Below are positions 29,633 to 38,306 of a stretch of 64,000 nucleotides of DNA, one piece after another. The position numbers and the translations under genes were made by a program. The stretch spans positions 1,116-65,115 of the forward strand of contig JANWWQ010000006.1 of assembly GCA_025055635.1 (NCBI GenBank). The letters run 5' to 3'. How positions within the stretch are numbered: position 1 is the stretch's first letter; each line of letters starts with the position of its first letter. The notes below the pieces were generated by a model that did not search any database, was not told the DNA's origin, and saw only the letters and a list, made by a program, of their open reading frames with translations. This DNA is from Flavobacteriales bacterium (GTDB taxonomy: Bacteria; Bacteroidota; Bacteroidia; CAIKAF01).

Positions 29633-30375
29633 AGCAGCATGAGCATCGTAATCACCAGATTGGCCGTCAGAATAGAAAAAATAGAAGCCACCACCGCTTG
29701 GGTGCTGGCATGGCCCACTTCGCTGGCACCTCCCCGTACATAAAAACCCTTGTAGGAAGAAATGGACGAGATAAGAAATGCAAACACAAAGGTTTTCACA
29801 AGGGCGTACACCACATCAAAATATTTAAAGTCCAGTTCCAGCCCCATGATAAAATCCCCATGGGGTATCATACCCGTAAAAACTACAGCGGCGTAGGAAC
29901 CAAAAATGGCAATCACCATACTGAGCAAAACCAAAAAGGGATGGATAAACACAAACCCGACAATTTTAGGTAATATAAGAAAAGAGGCGCTATTAACGCC
30001 CATGATTTCCAACGCATCAATTTGTTCTGAGATGCGCATGCTGCCCAGCTCAGATGCCATGTGAGAACCCACCTTCCCAGCCAGAATCAAAGCCACCACG
30101 GTGGTGGAAAATTCATAAATGATGGACTGGCGGCTGGCATATCCTACTGTATACTTTGGAATCAGGGGCGATTCAATATTGGCCGCCAGTTGAATGGAAA
30201 TCACGGCGCCCATAAATAACGAGATAATAACGATGAGGAAGACACTATTCAAACCTGCAACGCTTATTTCAAACAACACCCTTTTATAAAAAAGCCTAAA
30301 AGGTCCGGGGTTTCTGAAAACGCGTCCCAAAAGGAGGGTATACTCGCCAATGCCTTCAATAAAACTTTTCAGCAC
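29629..30375 (-). CDS. ABC transporter permease, MlaE-like (DUF140 family).
   Basis: 248 aa with 5-6 TM segments and an N-terminal amphipathic region, in the MlaE family arrangement directly upstream of the ATPase. Confidence 0.7.
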   Translation of the reverse strand: MLKSFIEGIGEYTLLLGRVFRNPGPFRLFYKRVLFEISVAGLNSVFLIVIISLFMGAVISIQLAANIESPLIPKYTVGYASRQSIIYEFSTTVVALILAGKVGSHMASELGSMRISEQIDALEIMGVNSASFLILPKIVGFVFIHPFLVLLSMVIAIFGSYAAVVFTGMIPHGDFIMGLELDFKYFDVVYALVKTFVFAFLISSISSYKGFYVRGGASEVGHASTQAVVASIFSILTANLVITMLMLL

Positions 30376-30639
30376 GGGGTAAATTTACCAGTAGCCTACA
30401 AATCTTATAGGAAAGATGTTTTTTCTCCAAACACCGAGATTCTGCCCAAGAGGATAAAGAAATGGACATTCACCCATGCTATAGAGAAAATTTCGGTAAG
30501 AAAGGCTTAGTTTTCCGGCATTGAATGGCACGAAGGAAGGTCGTTATCATACCCCTGTGAACCTAGGTACTCATTATTCAAACCGGGGATGGACAAGCTT
30601 TCCACTTCCCCTTCTAATTTACCTTTCAATTGAGAGTAT

Positions 30640-30647
30640 TAACTTTG
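30640..30647 (+). promoter_or_regulatory. Bacteroidota -7 element (TAACTTTG) upstream of rpmE2.
   Basis: Matches TAnnTTTG, 16 nt upstream of the ATG at 30664. Confidence 0.4.
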
Positions 30648-30663
30648 TGGTCCATTTAAGATT

Positions 30664-30924
30664 ATGAAAAAAGGTATCCATCCTGAAAATTATCGTTTTG
30701 TGGTGTTCAGAGATATGTCCACCAATTTTGAATTTCTGACGCGCTCTTGTGTACCTACTCGGGAAACCACTATATACAAGGACGGTAAAGAATATCCCCT
30801 ATATAAACTCGAAATTTCTAGCCTTTCCCATCCATTTTACACCGGCAAAATGAAATTTGTAGATACCGCAGGTCGCGTAGATAAGTTCCTCAACAAATAC
30901 AAAAAAGGTAGCAAAAAGGCCTAA
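30664..30924 (+). CDS. rpmE2: 50S ribosomal protein L31, type B (zinc-independent).
   Basis: [21 protein letters not shown]...HPFYTGK; no CxxC pairs. 86 aa, the type-B length. Confidence 0.85.
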   Translation: MKKGIHPENYRFVVFRDMSTNFEFLTRSCVPTRETTIYKDGKEYPLYKLEISSLSHPFYTGKMKFVDTAGRVDKFLNKYKKGSKKA

Positions 30925-30967
30925 GTTCTGCAACCTTTTCTCTTTTTTTGATATCTTTGAAGTTGCT

Positions 30968-31402
30968 ATGAAGGGGATAAAACTTTTTCATCTCATCTTC
31001 TTTTCTTCAGTGTTTTTACGGGTCCATGCCATTGATCCTCCGCAGGCTATTACTGCGGCCTTCGCAGCGCGCTATTCCGCTGCTGCTCAGGTGAACTGGG
31101 AAAAAGCCACAGGGATGTACTTGGCGGCGTTCACCCTGAATGGCAAGTCCATGAAAGCAGCTTTCAAGAATGACGGTACTTTCCTCCGGGAGGAAATGTT
31201 AATTGCCTTCGGACAGTTACCTGAAGCGGTGCGCAAAGACGCTGCACAACGATTTAATGAAAGTAAAATCACCGAAGCTGCTAAATTCATAGATGCTGCA
31301 GGAATGACGGGGTATCGCATTCGTTATTCCAATGGTAACACCCGGGTGGACGTCATGTACAACGACCAGAACAAAATTTTTCAAAGGGCCATCGTAGAGT
31401 AA
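30968..31402 (+). CDS. PepSY-like / beta-lactamase-inhibitor-like periplasmic small protein (hypothetical).
   Basis: Signal peptide, then two repeats of an [AW]xKA…G…Y-type beta-hairpin module. Assigned by pattern only. Confidence 0.35.
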   Translation: MKGIKLFHLIFFSSVFLRVHAIDPPQAITAAFAARYSAAAQVNWEKATGMYLAAFTLNGKSMKAAFKNDGTFLREEMLIAFGQLPEAVRKDAAQRFNESKITEAAKFIDAAGMTGYRIRYSNGNTRVDVMYNDQNKIFQRAIVE

Positions 31403-31463
31403 GCCTCACCGCTTTATTCAATACACGTTAGGCAGGTTTGGCGGGGGGTTACTTTTTGTATCT

Positions 31464-31955
31464 TTGCGGCCCGTGACCCGAAGTAAGTTTAGTTTTTACA
31501 TTGACATTTCGGGCAACTCCTTTAAGCCTCAGGAGGATAAATTTACTTTGCCTAATTCCTTCCTCCAGGGGCTGGGACTTGATGAAGATGCTTTACTGGA
31601 TGAGGTGGAGGCCACCACTCTGCTCACCCGCCATTCCAAATTCATGGAACTCCAGGTCACCTTCCGAACCTCCGGCTCCATGAAATGTTCCAGATGCCTG
31701 CAGAGCCTCCCCCTTCATATTGAGCGTAGTGAGCTGTTTATCATAAAATTCTGGGAACAAGAACCTCCCATGGACAACGATCCCAATCTACTTTGGTTGC
31801 CTAAAGGAGAAACCAGGCTGGAACTCACTTCTGTTTTTTCCGACATTTTACTGGGTCTGCTGCCTGCACGATTTACATGTGCCGGCGACGAAAATCCCAG
31901 GCCTTGTGATCAAAAAGTATTAGAAAAGCTCTCTGAACTTTCAGTTGAACCCTAA
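31464..31955 (+). CDS. yceD: YceD/DUF177-family protein (large-subunit rRNA accumulation protein).
   Basis: CSRCLQ…CAGDENPRPCD cysteine pairs, size 163 aa, and the conserved position immediately upstream of rpmF. Confidence 0.7.
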   Translation: MRPVTRSKFSFYIDISGNSFKPQEDKFTLPNSFLQGLGLDEDALLDEVEATTLLTRHSKFMELQVTFRTSGSMKCSRCLQSLPLHIERSELFIIKFWEQEPPMDNDPNLLWLPKGETRLELTSVFSDILLGLLPARFTCAGDENPRPCDQKVLEKLSELSVEP

Positions 31956-31969
31956 ATAAATTCATAGCC

Positions 31970-32158
31970 ATGCCCAATCCAAAACGACGCCATAGTAAAA
32001 CCCGCAGCCGTAAACGCCGTACCCACTATAAGGCCCCACTTCCCACCCTCTCCCGGTGCAGCACCACCGGTGTAGTTCACAGACGCCATACAGCCTACGA
32101 AGTGGATGGTAACATTTATTACGCTGGTCGCCTCTTCGCAGAAGGGAAGCCATCCTAA
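31970..32158 (+). CDS. rpmF: 50S ribosomal protein L32 (C- form).
   Basis: MPNPKRRHSKTRSRKRRTHYKA… is the L32 N-terminal signature. It has a single Cys rather than the CxxC…CxxC Zn ribbon. Confidence 0.85.
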   Translation: MPNPKRRHSKTRSRKRRTHYKAPLPTLSRCSTTGVVHRRHTAYEVDGNIYYAGRLFAEGKPS

Positions 32159-32161
32159 AGT

Positions 32162-33106
32162 ATGGCTTTAAATATTGGCCTGGATCTCTTTGGTGGGGAC
32201 TATGCTCCGCTTTGTAACTTGGAAGGACTTAAACTGGTCCTTGAGCGGCAACCAGACATCAAAGTCACGGTTTTCGGCGATGAAGCTCTGGTGAGGCCCC
32301 TTACCAAAGAGCATCCCTACAAGGAGCGAATCCACATTGTTCATGCGCCTGATAAAATTGACATGGGAGACTCCCCCATGCGGTCCGTTATTTCCAAGCC
32401 CAATTCCAGCATCATTCAGGGGCTTAATTACCTCAAAAGAGGGCTGATAGACGGCTTTGCCTCGGCCGGTAATACAGGCGCCATCTTCGGGGCCTCCGTC
32501 ATCATTCTCGGCGCCGTCCTTGAAAATGTCAGGCCCTGCCTGATGACGCACGTGCCCCGCCCCCACGACCCGGATGCTATTATATTAGACATCGGAGCCA
32601 ATGCCGACGTTAAGCCGGAAACCCTCGCAGACTTCGCACTCCTTGGCGACGCCTATTGCCGCCACGTTCTCAATATTGAGCAACCTCGGGTGGCTCTCGT
32701 TAATATCGGGGAAGAACCCGAAAAAGGCAACGAACTCACCAAGGCGGCTTATCGTCTGTTTCAACAGGACGGGCGTTTTCGTTTCGTGGGAAACGCCGAA
32801 CCAGACAAACTCTTCCGCGATTTGGCTGATGTATACGTGTGCAGTGGGTTTGCCGGAAATCTGATTCTCAAACTTTCGGAAGCCCTTGTGGAAATAGTGA
32901 AACGGTTGGGATTTAAACATCCTTACCTGGATCGTTTTAATTACGAAAATCTCGGTGGCTCACCTGTGTTAGGAGTGAATGGCGCCGTTGTGATCGGTCA
33001 TGGAATCAGCAACGCAAGCGCCATTGCCAACATGCTCCTTCGTTGTCGTGAGATAGCCTCCTCAGCGTTACATAAAAAAATAAAACAAGCCTTCCAGCAG
33101 GCATGA
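32162..33106 (+). CDS. plsX: Phosphate acyltransferase PlsX.
   Basis: MALNIGLDLFGGDYAP, GFASAGNTGA and GNAEPDKLF motifs; 314 aa. Stop overlaps the fabH start by 4 nt. Confidence 0.9.
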   Translation: MALNIGLDLFGGDYAPLCNLEGLKLVLERQPDIKVTVFGDEALVRPLTKEHPYKERIHIVHAPDKIDMGDSPMRSVISKPNSSIIQGLNYLKRGLIDGFASAGNTGAIFGASVIILGAVLENVRPCLMTHVPRPHDPDAIILDIGANADVKPETLADFALLGDAYCRHVLNIEQPRVALVNIGEEPEKGNELTKAAYRLFQQDGRFRFVGNAEPDKLFRDLADVYVCSGFAGNLILKLSEALVEIVKRLGFKHPYLDRFNYENLGGSPVLGVNGAVVIGHGISNASAIANMLLRCREIASSALHKKIKQAFQQA

Positions 33107-34098
33107 GCCGCATCCGGGCCGCTATTACGGGTGTAGGCAGTTATGTGCCAGATTACGTGCTTACCAATCAGGAGTTGTCCTTGATGGTGGACACCAGCGA
33201 TGAGTGGATTACCACCCGCACCGGGATTAAGGAACGCCGTATTCTTAGGGAAAAAGGGCTGGGCTCCAGCCACATGGCTATCCGTGCCGTAGAAAACCTT
33301 TTGTCTAAGACGAACACTAACCCCCGCGAGGTGGACATGCTTCTGTGCGCCACCGTCACGCCAGATTACACCTTTCCCGCCACGGCCAACATTATTTCGG
33401 CTGCTGTGGGCATGGACCATATCCTCAGTTATGACATCAACGCCGCTTGCTCGGGATTTATTTATGCACTCACCACCGCAGCTCAGTTTGTGGAAACCGG
33501 CGCTTACAAAAAAGTGGTGGTGGTAGGTGTGGACAAAATGTCGTCTATCATAGACTACTCAGACCGAACGACCTGTGTTATCTTCGGAGATGGCGCCGGC
33601 GCTGTACTCCTTGAACCAGACACGGAAGGCTTTGGATTGATGGATTTCAAGTTGCATTCAGACGGTACCGGATGCCGGTATCTGCACAAAAAAGCCGGAG
33701 GATCCGCCTATCCTGTAACCATGCGAAACTTCCTGGAACAACAGCACTTCGTGTATCAGGAAGGACAAGCCGTATTCAAGTTCGCGGTGGTGAATATGGC
33801 TGAAGTGTGTTATCAGATCATGCAGCGCAACAACCTCCGACCTGATGATGTGCAATGGTTGGTGCCCCATCAGGCCAATAAACGAATCATAGATGCAGCT
33901 GCTGAACGTATGGGGCTGCCCCCGGAACGGGTGATGCTCAACATTCACAAATATGGCAACACCACTGCAGCCACTATTCCTTTATGCCTGTCAGACTACG
34001 AACACCGCCTGAGACGGGGGGATAACTTAGTGGTCGCAGCCTTTGGGGGAGGATTCACCTGGGGAGCCTTGTACTTAAAGTGGAAATATGATGGTTAA
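33103..34098 (+). CDS. fabH: Beta-ketoacyl-ACP synthase III.
   Basis: AITGVGSYVPDYVLTNQEL, catalytic INAACSGF, His (HQANKRI) and Asn (GNTTAATIP) regions. 331 aa. Confidence 0.9.
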   Translation: MSRIRAAITGVGSYVPDYVLTNQELSLMVDTSDEWITTRTGIKERRILREKGLGSSHMAIRAVENLLSKTNTNPREVDMLLCATVTPDYTFPATANIISAAVGMDHILSYDINAACSGFIYALTTAAQFVETGAYKKVVVVGVDKMSSIIDYSDRTTCVIFGDGAGAVLLEPDTEGFGLMDFKLHSDGTGCRYLHKKAGGSAYPVTMRNFLEQQHFVYQEGQAVFKFAVVNMAEVCYQIMQRNNLRPDDVQWLVPHQANKRIIDAAAERMGLPPERVMLNIHKYGNTTAATIPLCLSDYEHRLRRGDNLVVAAFGGGFTWGALYLKWKYDG

Positions 34099-34116
34099 TT
34101 CCTGCCAAAGTTTTCT

Positions 34117-34124
34117 TACCTTTG
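34117..34124 (+). promoter_or_regulatory. Bacteroidota -7 element (TACCTTTG) upstream of rpsO.
   Basis: Matches TAnnTTTG, 19 nt upstream of the ATG at 34144. Confidence 0.4.
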
Positions 34125-34143
34125 CAGGCTAAATACGAAAAAA

Positions 34144-34413
34144 ATGCCACTGACAAAGGAAAAAAAGAAAGAAATAATTAAAAAATTTGGCGGAAGTCCC
34201 CAAAACACAGGTTCTCCAGAAGTCCAGGCAGCCCTGCTAACGGAAAGGATTGCTCAGCTCACCGCACATCTAAAGACCAACCCCAAAGACCGGGTCACCG
34301 AGCGTTCGCTCATCTTGATGGTGAACCATCGAAAAAAACTTTTAAATTATTTAAAAAGGAAGGATATCCAGCGCTACAGAAAAATAGTCAAAGAACTGGA
34401 TATCCGCAAATAA
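34144..34413 (+). CDS. rpsO: 30S ribosomal protein S15.
   Basis: [12 protein letters not shown]…[22 protein letters not shown]…[11 protein letters not shown]; 89 aa. Confidence 0.9.
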   Translation: MPLTKEKKKEIIKKFGGSPQNTGSPEVQAALLTERIAQLTAHLKTNPKDRVTERSLILMVNHRKKLLNYLKRKDIQRYRKIVKELDIRK

Positions 34414-34485
34414 CTCGAAATGGCAGGCCACCGAGGGGTTTTTGTTCTATTTGTTGAAATTCTCACATTTATTTTGTTTTAGGCC

Positions 34486-36783
34486 ATGAGCCATTTTGAT
34501 ATTAAGCAGGTTCAAATTCCCACAGACTCTGGAATTCCCATAATTCTTGAAACCGGTCATCTGGCCCGTCAGGCTGACGGTGCTGTTTTACTGCGATATG
34601 GTAACACCATGTTGTTGGCCACGGCCGTATCTCAGACGGAACCCAAAGCGGGAGTGGATTTTTTCCCCCTCACGGTGGAATATCGCGAAAAGTTTGCCGC
34701 TGCTGGCCGCATTCCTGGTGGCTTCTTTAAAAGGGAAGCCCGACCTTCCGACAACGAGGTGTTGATTTCCCGCCTAATAGACAGGGCTCTCAGACCTCTC
34801 TTCCCGGAGAATTATCAGAACGAAACCCAAATATTCGTCAATCTCATCTCAGCCGATAAAAACACACCGCCGGACGCTTTGGCCTGTCTAGCTGCTTCGG
34901 CCGCTCTCGTCGTATCCGATATTCCTTTCAACGGTCCCGTCTCTGAAGTTAGGGTGGCCCTCTTCCCTGATGGACAATACCTGATCAACCCCTCCCAACC
35001 CCTTCTGGAGAGCGCTCGCCTGGATCTGATCGTGGGCGGTACAGAAAAAGACATCGTCATGGTGGAAGGCGAAGCGCGTGAAGTATCAGAACAGGAACTT
35101 CTGAAAGCCCTGGAAGTAGCCCTGGAAGCAATTCGGATTCAGGTAAAAGCCCAGAAGGAATTGGCGGCTATGGTACCCAAAGCAGCCCAAAAAAGAGAAG
35201 TCCCCTCCCCAACGCGGGATGAAGCCCTTTTGGAACGCTTGCGAGCGGAAGTCTATCCACGCCTGTATGAAATATTTGCTACTCCTACTCCTCACAAAAA
35301 AGAGAGAAAAGAGGCACTACAAAAGGTAAAAGACGAATTTCTAGCCACTCTTTCCCCGGAGGAATTGGCTGAAAAAGGCCCCCTAGCTTTAAAATATATC
35401 AATGATTTAGAGTGGGAAGCTGCCCGCAAGGCCATTCTGATCACCCGACGCAGGATGGACGGTCGGGCCCTGGAGGAAATCCGACCCATCAGCATTATTC
35501 CCGATTTCCTGCCTGCAGCCCACGGATCGGCCCTCTTTACGCGGGGCGAAACCCAGTCGGTTACCACTGTGACCTTGGGGACCAAGCTGGACGAGCAAAT
35601 TATTGACCTTGCGCTCCACCGAGGCACTCAGAGATTCATGTTCCATTACAATTTTCCTCCCTTCAGCACTGGCGAGGTGAAACCTATACGCGGGGTCAGC
35701 CGGCGAGAAATCGGCCACGGTAACCTGGCACTTCGAGCCTTATATCCCCTAGTGGAGGAAGTTAAGGATAATCCTTATACCATCAGGGTGGTTTCCGACA
35801 TCCTGGAGTCTAACGGTTCCTCTTCTATGGCCACTGTTTGCGCCGGTTCGCTGGCTTTGATGGATGCTGGAATCAAGATTAGGGAGCATGTTTCGGGTAT
35901 CGCCATGGGACTCATCACAGACAGTGATGGCAATTACGCTATCCTTTCCGATATTCTCGGTGATGAAGACCACCTGGGCGACATGGACTTCAAGATCTGC
36001 GGCACCCGAAAAGGCATCACGGCCTGCCAAATGGACATCAAAGTCCAAGGACTCAGTTTTGAAATTCTGGCCAAAGCTTTAGAACAAGCTAGGCAGGGGC
36101 GCCTCTTTATTTTGGAGAAAATGGAGGCCGCCCAACCTGCCCCCCGCCCTGACTTTAAGCCTTTCGTGCCCCGCATTGTCAAAATTGTTATCCCCCGTGA
36201 TACTATAGGGCAAGTCATCGGACCGGGTGGAAAAATTATTCAAGATATTCAGAACACTACGGGCACCACCATCATCGTGGACGAAGTGGACGGTCAGGGC
36301 GTCGTTGAAGTGGCCGGCGAAACTCCTGAAGCCATTGAAGCTGCACTTCGCCGCATTAAAGCCATCGTGGCCGTGCCTGAAATAGGAGAGACCTACGAAG
36401 GAAAAGTGGTGTCCAATGTGCCTTTCGGTTCTTTCATTGAATTTCTACCCGGTAAACAGGGACTTTGCCACATTTCTGAATTGGACTGGAAACGCGTGGA
36501 CAGCGCAGACGATGTCGTGAAGGTGGGTGATACTGTGAAAGTAAAACTTATTGGTACGGACGAGAAAACCGGAAAATTCAAGTTATCCCGTAAAGCCTTG
36601 TTGCCACGTCCTGAAACTCTGGAAACCAACGAAAAAAAAAAATTAGCCCCAGAAACCACAAGTTCTCAGAAATCTCTTCCACCTAAAAAAAGAAGAAAGA
36701 AGAAACGTAAAAAATCTGTTGGCAACAAGCCGGGAGGCCTTAGAAACACTCAAGAACAGCGAGAAAATCAAAAAAATCGGTAA
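34486..36783 (+). CDS. pnp: Polyribonucleotide nucleotidyltransferase (PNPase) with a Lys/Arg-rich C-terminal extension.
   Basis: Two RNase PH domains (GHLARQADGAVLLRYGNTMLL…, RPISII…GSALFTRGETQ), KH (IGQVIGPGGKIIQDI), S1 (GKVVSNVPFGSFIEF), then a ~50 aa KKKLAPE…KKRRKKKRKK tail. 765 aa. Confidence 0.9.
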   Translation: MSHFDIKQVQIPTDSGIPIILETGHLARQADGAVLLRYGNTMLLATAVSQTEPKAGVDFFPLTVEYREKFAAAGRIPGGFFKREARPSDNEVLISRLIDRALRPLFPENYQNETQIFVNLISADKNTPPDALACLAASAALVVSDIPFNGPVSEVRVALFPDGQYLINPSQPLLESARLDLIVGGTEKDIVMVEGEAREVSEQELLKALEVALEAIRIQVKAQKELAAMVPKAAQKREVPSPTRDEALLERLRAEVYPRLYEIFATPTPHKKERKEALQKVKDEFLATLSPEELAEKGPLALKYINDLEWEAARKAILITRRRMDGRALEEIRPISIIPDFLPAAHGSALFTRGETQSVTTVTLGTKLDEQIIDLALHRGTQRFMFHYNFPPFSTGEVKPIRGVSRREIGHGNLALRALYPLVEEVKDNPYTIRVVSDILESNGSSSMATVCAGSLALMDAGIKIREHVSGIAMGLITDSDGNYAILSDILGDEDHLGDMDFKICGTRKGITACQMDIKVQGLSFEILAKALEQARQGRLFILEKMEAAQPAPRPDFKPFVPRIVKIVIPRDTIGQVIGPGGKIIQDIQNTTGTTIIVDEVDGQGVVEVAGETPEAIEAALRRIKAIVAVPEIGETYEGKVVSNVPFGSFIEFLPGKQGLCHISELDWKRVDSADDVVKVGDTVKVKLIGTDEKTGKFKLSRKALLPRPETLETNEKKKLAPETTSSQKSLPPKKRRKKKRKKSVGNKPGGLRNTQEQRENQKNR
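36632..36642 (+). repeat. A11 homopolymer inside the pnp coding sequence (encodes KKK).
   Basis: cgAAAAAAAAAAAtta read directly from the sequence. Confidence 0.9.
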
Positions 36784-36961
36784 ACCTTAATTTTAAAAAT
36801 AAAATATGCTTAAATAAATTTTTATAAATAAATGGTCAAAGCCATTTCTGAATCTAAGTTATCCCTAGATGATGAAAAATAATCTCCGAGCTATATTGAA
36901 ACACTTATAAATTACATTTTAATTGAACTCGCTCCTGTGATTTTTATAAATTCTTAATCTT

Positions 36962-38287
36962 TTATTCAAATACAGCCACCAGAATTCCTTCCGTATCCGA
37001 AGGATAATTGGGTATCATCAGCCAGCGCCCGTTGAAAAACAGAGGGATAGATGCCGGAGGTTGAGCAGGTAGAAAATAATCCCTGGCTGAAATAAATTGG
37101 TTCAAAAGATTGAAAGGCATGGGGATAAAATAATCGGAGGATTGATTATGGTTTGCATCAAATAGAAAAAGCGCTATCACTGACTGGCTGGCCGGCGTAT
37201 ATTCCGGTGTGGAGAATGTGGTTCCCTGCACAGCCAGCGTGTCCCTCCCACTGATCACAGCCTGGTTGGAAGTAAACACAGCCAAAACTGATTGATGAGA
37301 GGATGAGGGCAGACCCCCCAATAGGAGCCCTGCCAAAGAATTGGGTGGGGGTAAAGTGCGCAAGTACACACAGGGATTGTCGCGCCGGAATCCTTCCCGA
37401 AAGTAATGGATGGGCCTTTCTCCGGCGCTGCCCCACACCACAAATTCGTAAGGCTGGCCAGGTTTTAGTTCCACAGGACCAAAATATCCTTCGGCATCGG
37501 TAATGAGTGCAAAATCAGGATCAGGCCTCTTGCGAAATCCGCTCTCCTGAATAACTTCATAAATGTGCACCGTTGCCCCGGCTTTGGGTGTGTTTTCTCC
37601 CAAGATAACCACGCGACCGCTGACCTTCACAGGTTGGTTTCCCTGATTCACCAAGGGGTAATCGGGCTTACGGAATGTGAAAAATTCGTACATGTGGATA
37701 AAGGACTCCACGGAGGTAGCCACCTGCAGATGATCCTTTCCGGGGAGGCTCACATTCACAGCACCCGTAATGGTGGTGGCACCAGTTACGGCATCATCCG
37801 GGGAGGAGATACACAGCGTGGGCACCTCATCCAGGGAACCAGCCGGTGAGCTTTGGGATGAACTGCCAATATGCACATATGAAGCCACCTTGGCCGCCCT
37901 GGTGGGGTCCTCACAATAGTTGTAACAGAGCCCCCCCCCGGCCGAATGCCCTACCAAATGAATCTTGGGTTTACCGGTGCGCAACCGCACAGCATCCACA
38001 AATTGATCCAATAAATCGGCGCTGTTCCCTCCACTTAAGGTATTCCAGTCAAACACATACAAAAGGGTATCGCAATAGTCATTTTTCTGGAAACGCATGA
38101 GTTGCTCAGCCCACGTATCGCCAGAGGCCAGGAGGCCGTGCACGAAAACCACCGGATACAATGTATCGCAACGCAATTGAGGCTTACCGTATGGATTATC
38201 CAGGACGGGGGGATCCTTTCTGCAGGACTCAAGAATACTCAGCGTAAGGAGAAGGAGTATGATTAGAAATTTTTTTATAAAACTCAT
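36962..38287 (-). CDS. Secreted/lipoprotein alpha/beta-hydrolase lipase (class-2-lipase-like) with a C-terminal carboxypeptidase-regulatory-like beta-sandwich domain.
   Basis: ATG at 38287 (MSFIKKFLIILLLLTLSILESC, lipobox-like). Oxyanion VVFVHGLLASGDTW and nucleophile elbow VGHSAGGGL. The C-terminal region has …VKVSGRVVILGENTPKAGATVHIYEV…. Confidence 0.7.
   Translation of the reverse strand: MSFIKKFLIILLLLTLSILESCRKDPPVLDNPYGKPQLRCDTLYPVVFVHGLLASGDTWAEQLMRFQKNDYCDTLLYVFDWNTLSGGNSADLLDQFVDAVRLRTGKPKIHLVGHSAGGGLCYNYCEDPTRAAKVASYVHIGSSSQSSPAGSLDEVPTLCISSPDDAVTGATTITGAVNVSLPGKDHLQVATSVESFIHMYEFFTFRKPDYPLVNQGNQPVKVSGRVVILGENTPKAGATVHIYEVIQESGFRKRPDPDFALITDAEGYFGPVELKPGQPYEFVVWGSAGERPIHYFREGFRRDNPCVYLRTLPPPNSLAGLLLGGLPSSSHQSVLAVFTSNQAVISGRDTLAVQGTTFSTPEYTPASQSVIALFLFDANHNQSSDYFIPMPFNLLNQFISARDYFLPAQPPASIPLFFNGRWLMIPNYPSDTEGILVAVFE
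37931..37939 (-). repeat. G9:C9 homopolymer tract inside the lipase catalytic motif (encodes AGGG of GHSAGGGL).
   Basis: Forward strand gagCCCCCCCCCggcc. Confidence 0.9.
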
Positions 38288-38306
38288 ATTATTGCAAAAT
38301 TTGAAT

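Noticed and set aside
34547-36659. About ten short ORFs on both strands within pnp.
   Set aside because: They sit inside a 765-aa gene whose frame carries RNase PH, KH and S1 signatures throughout.
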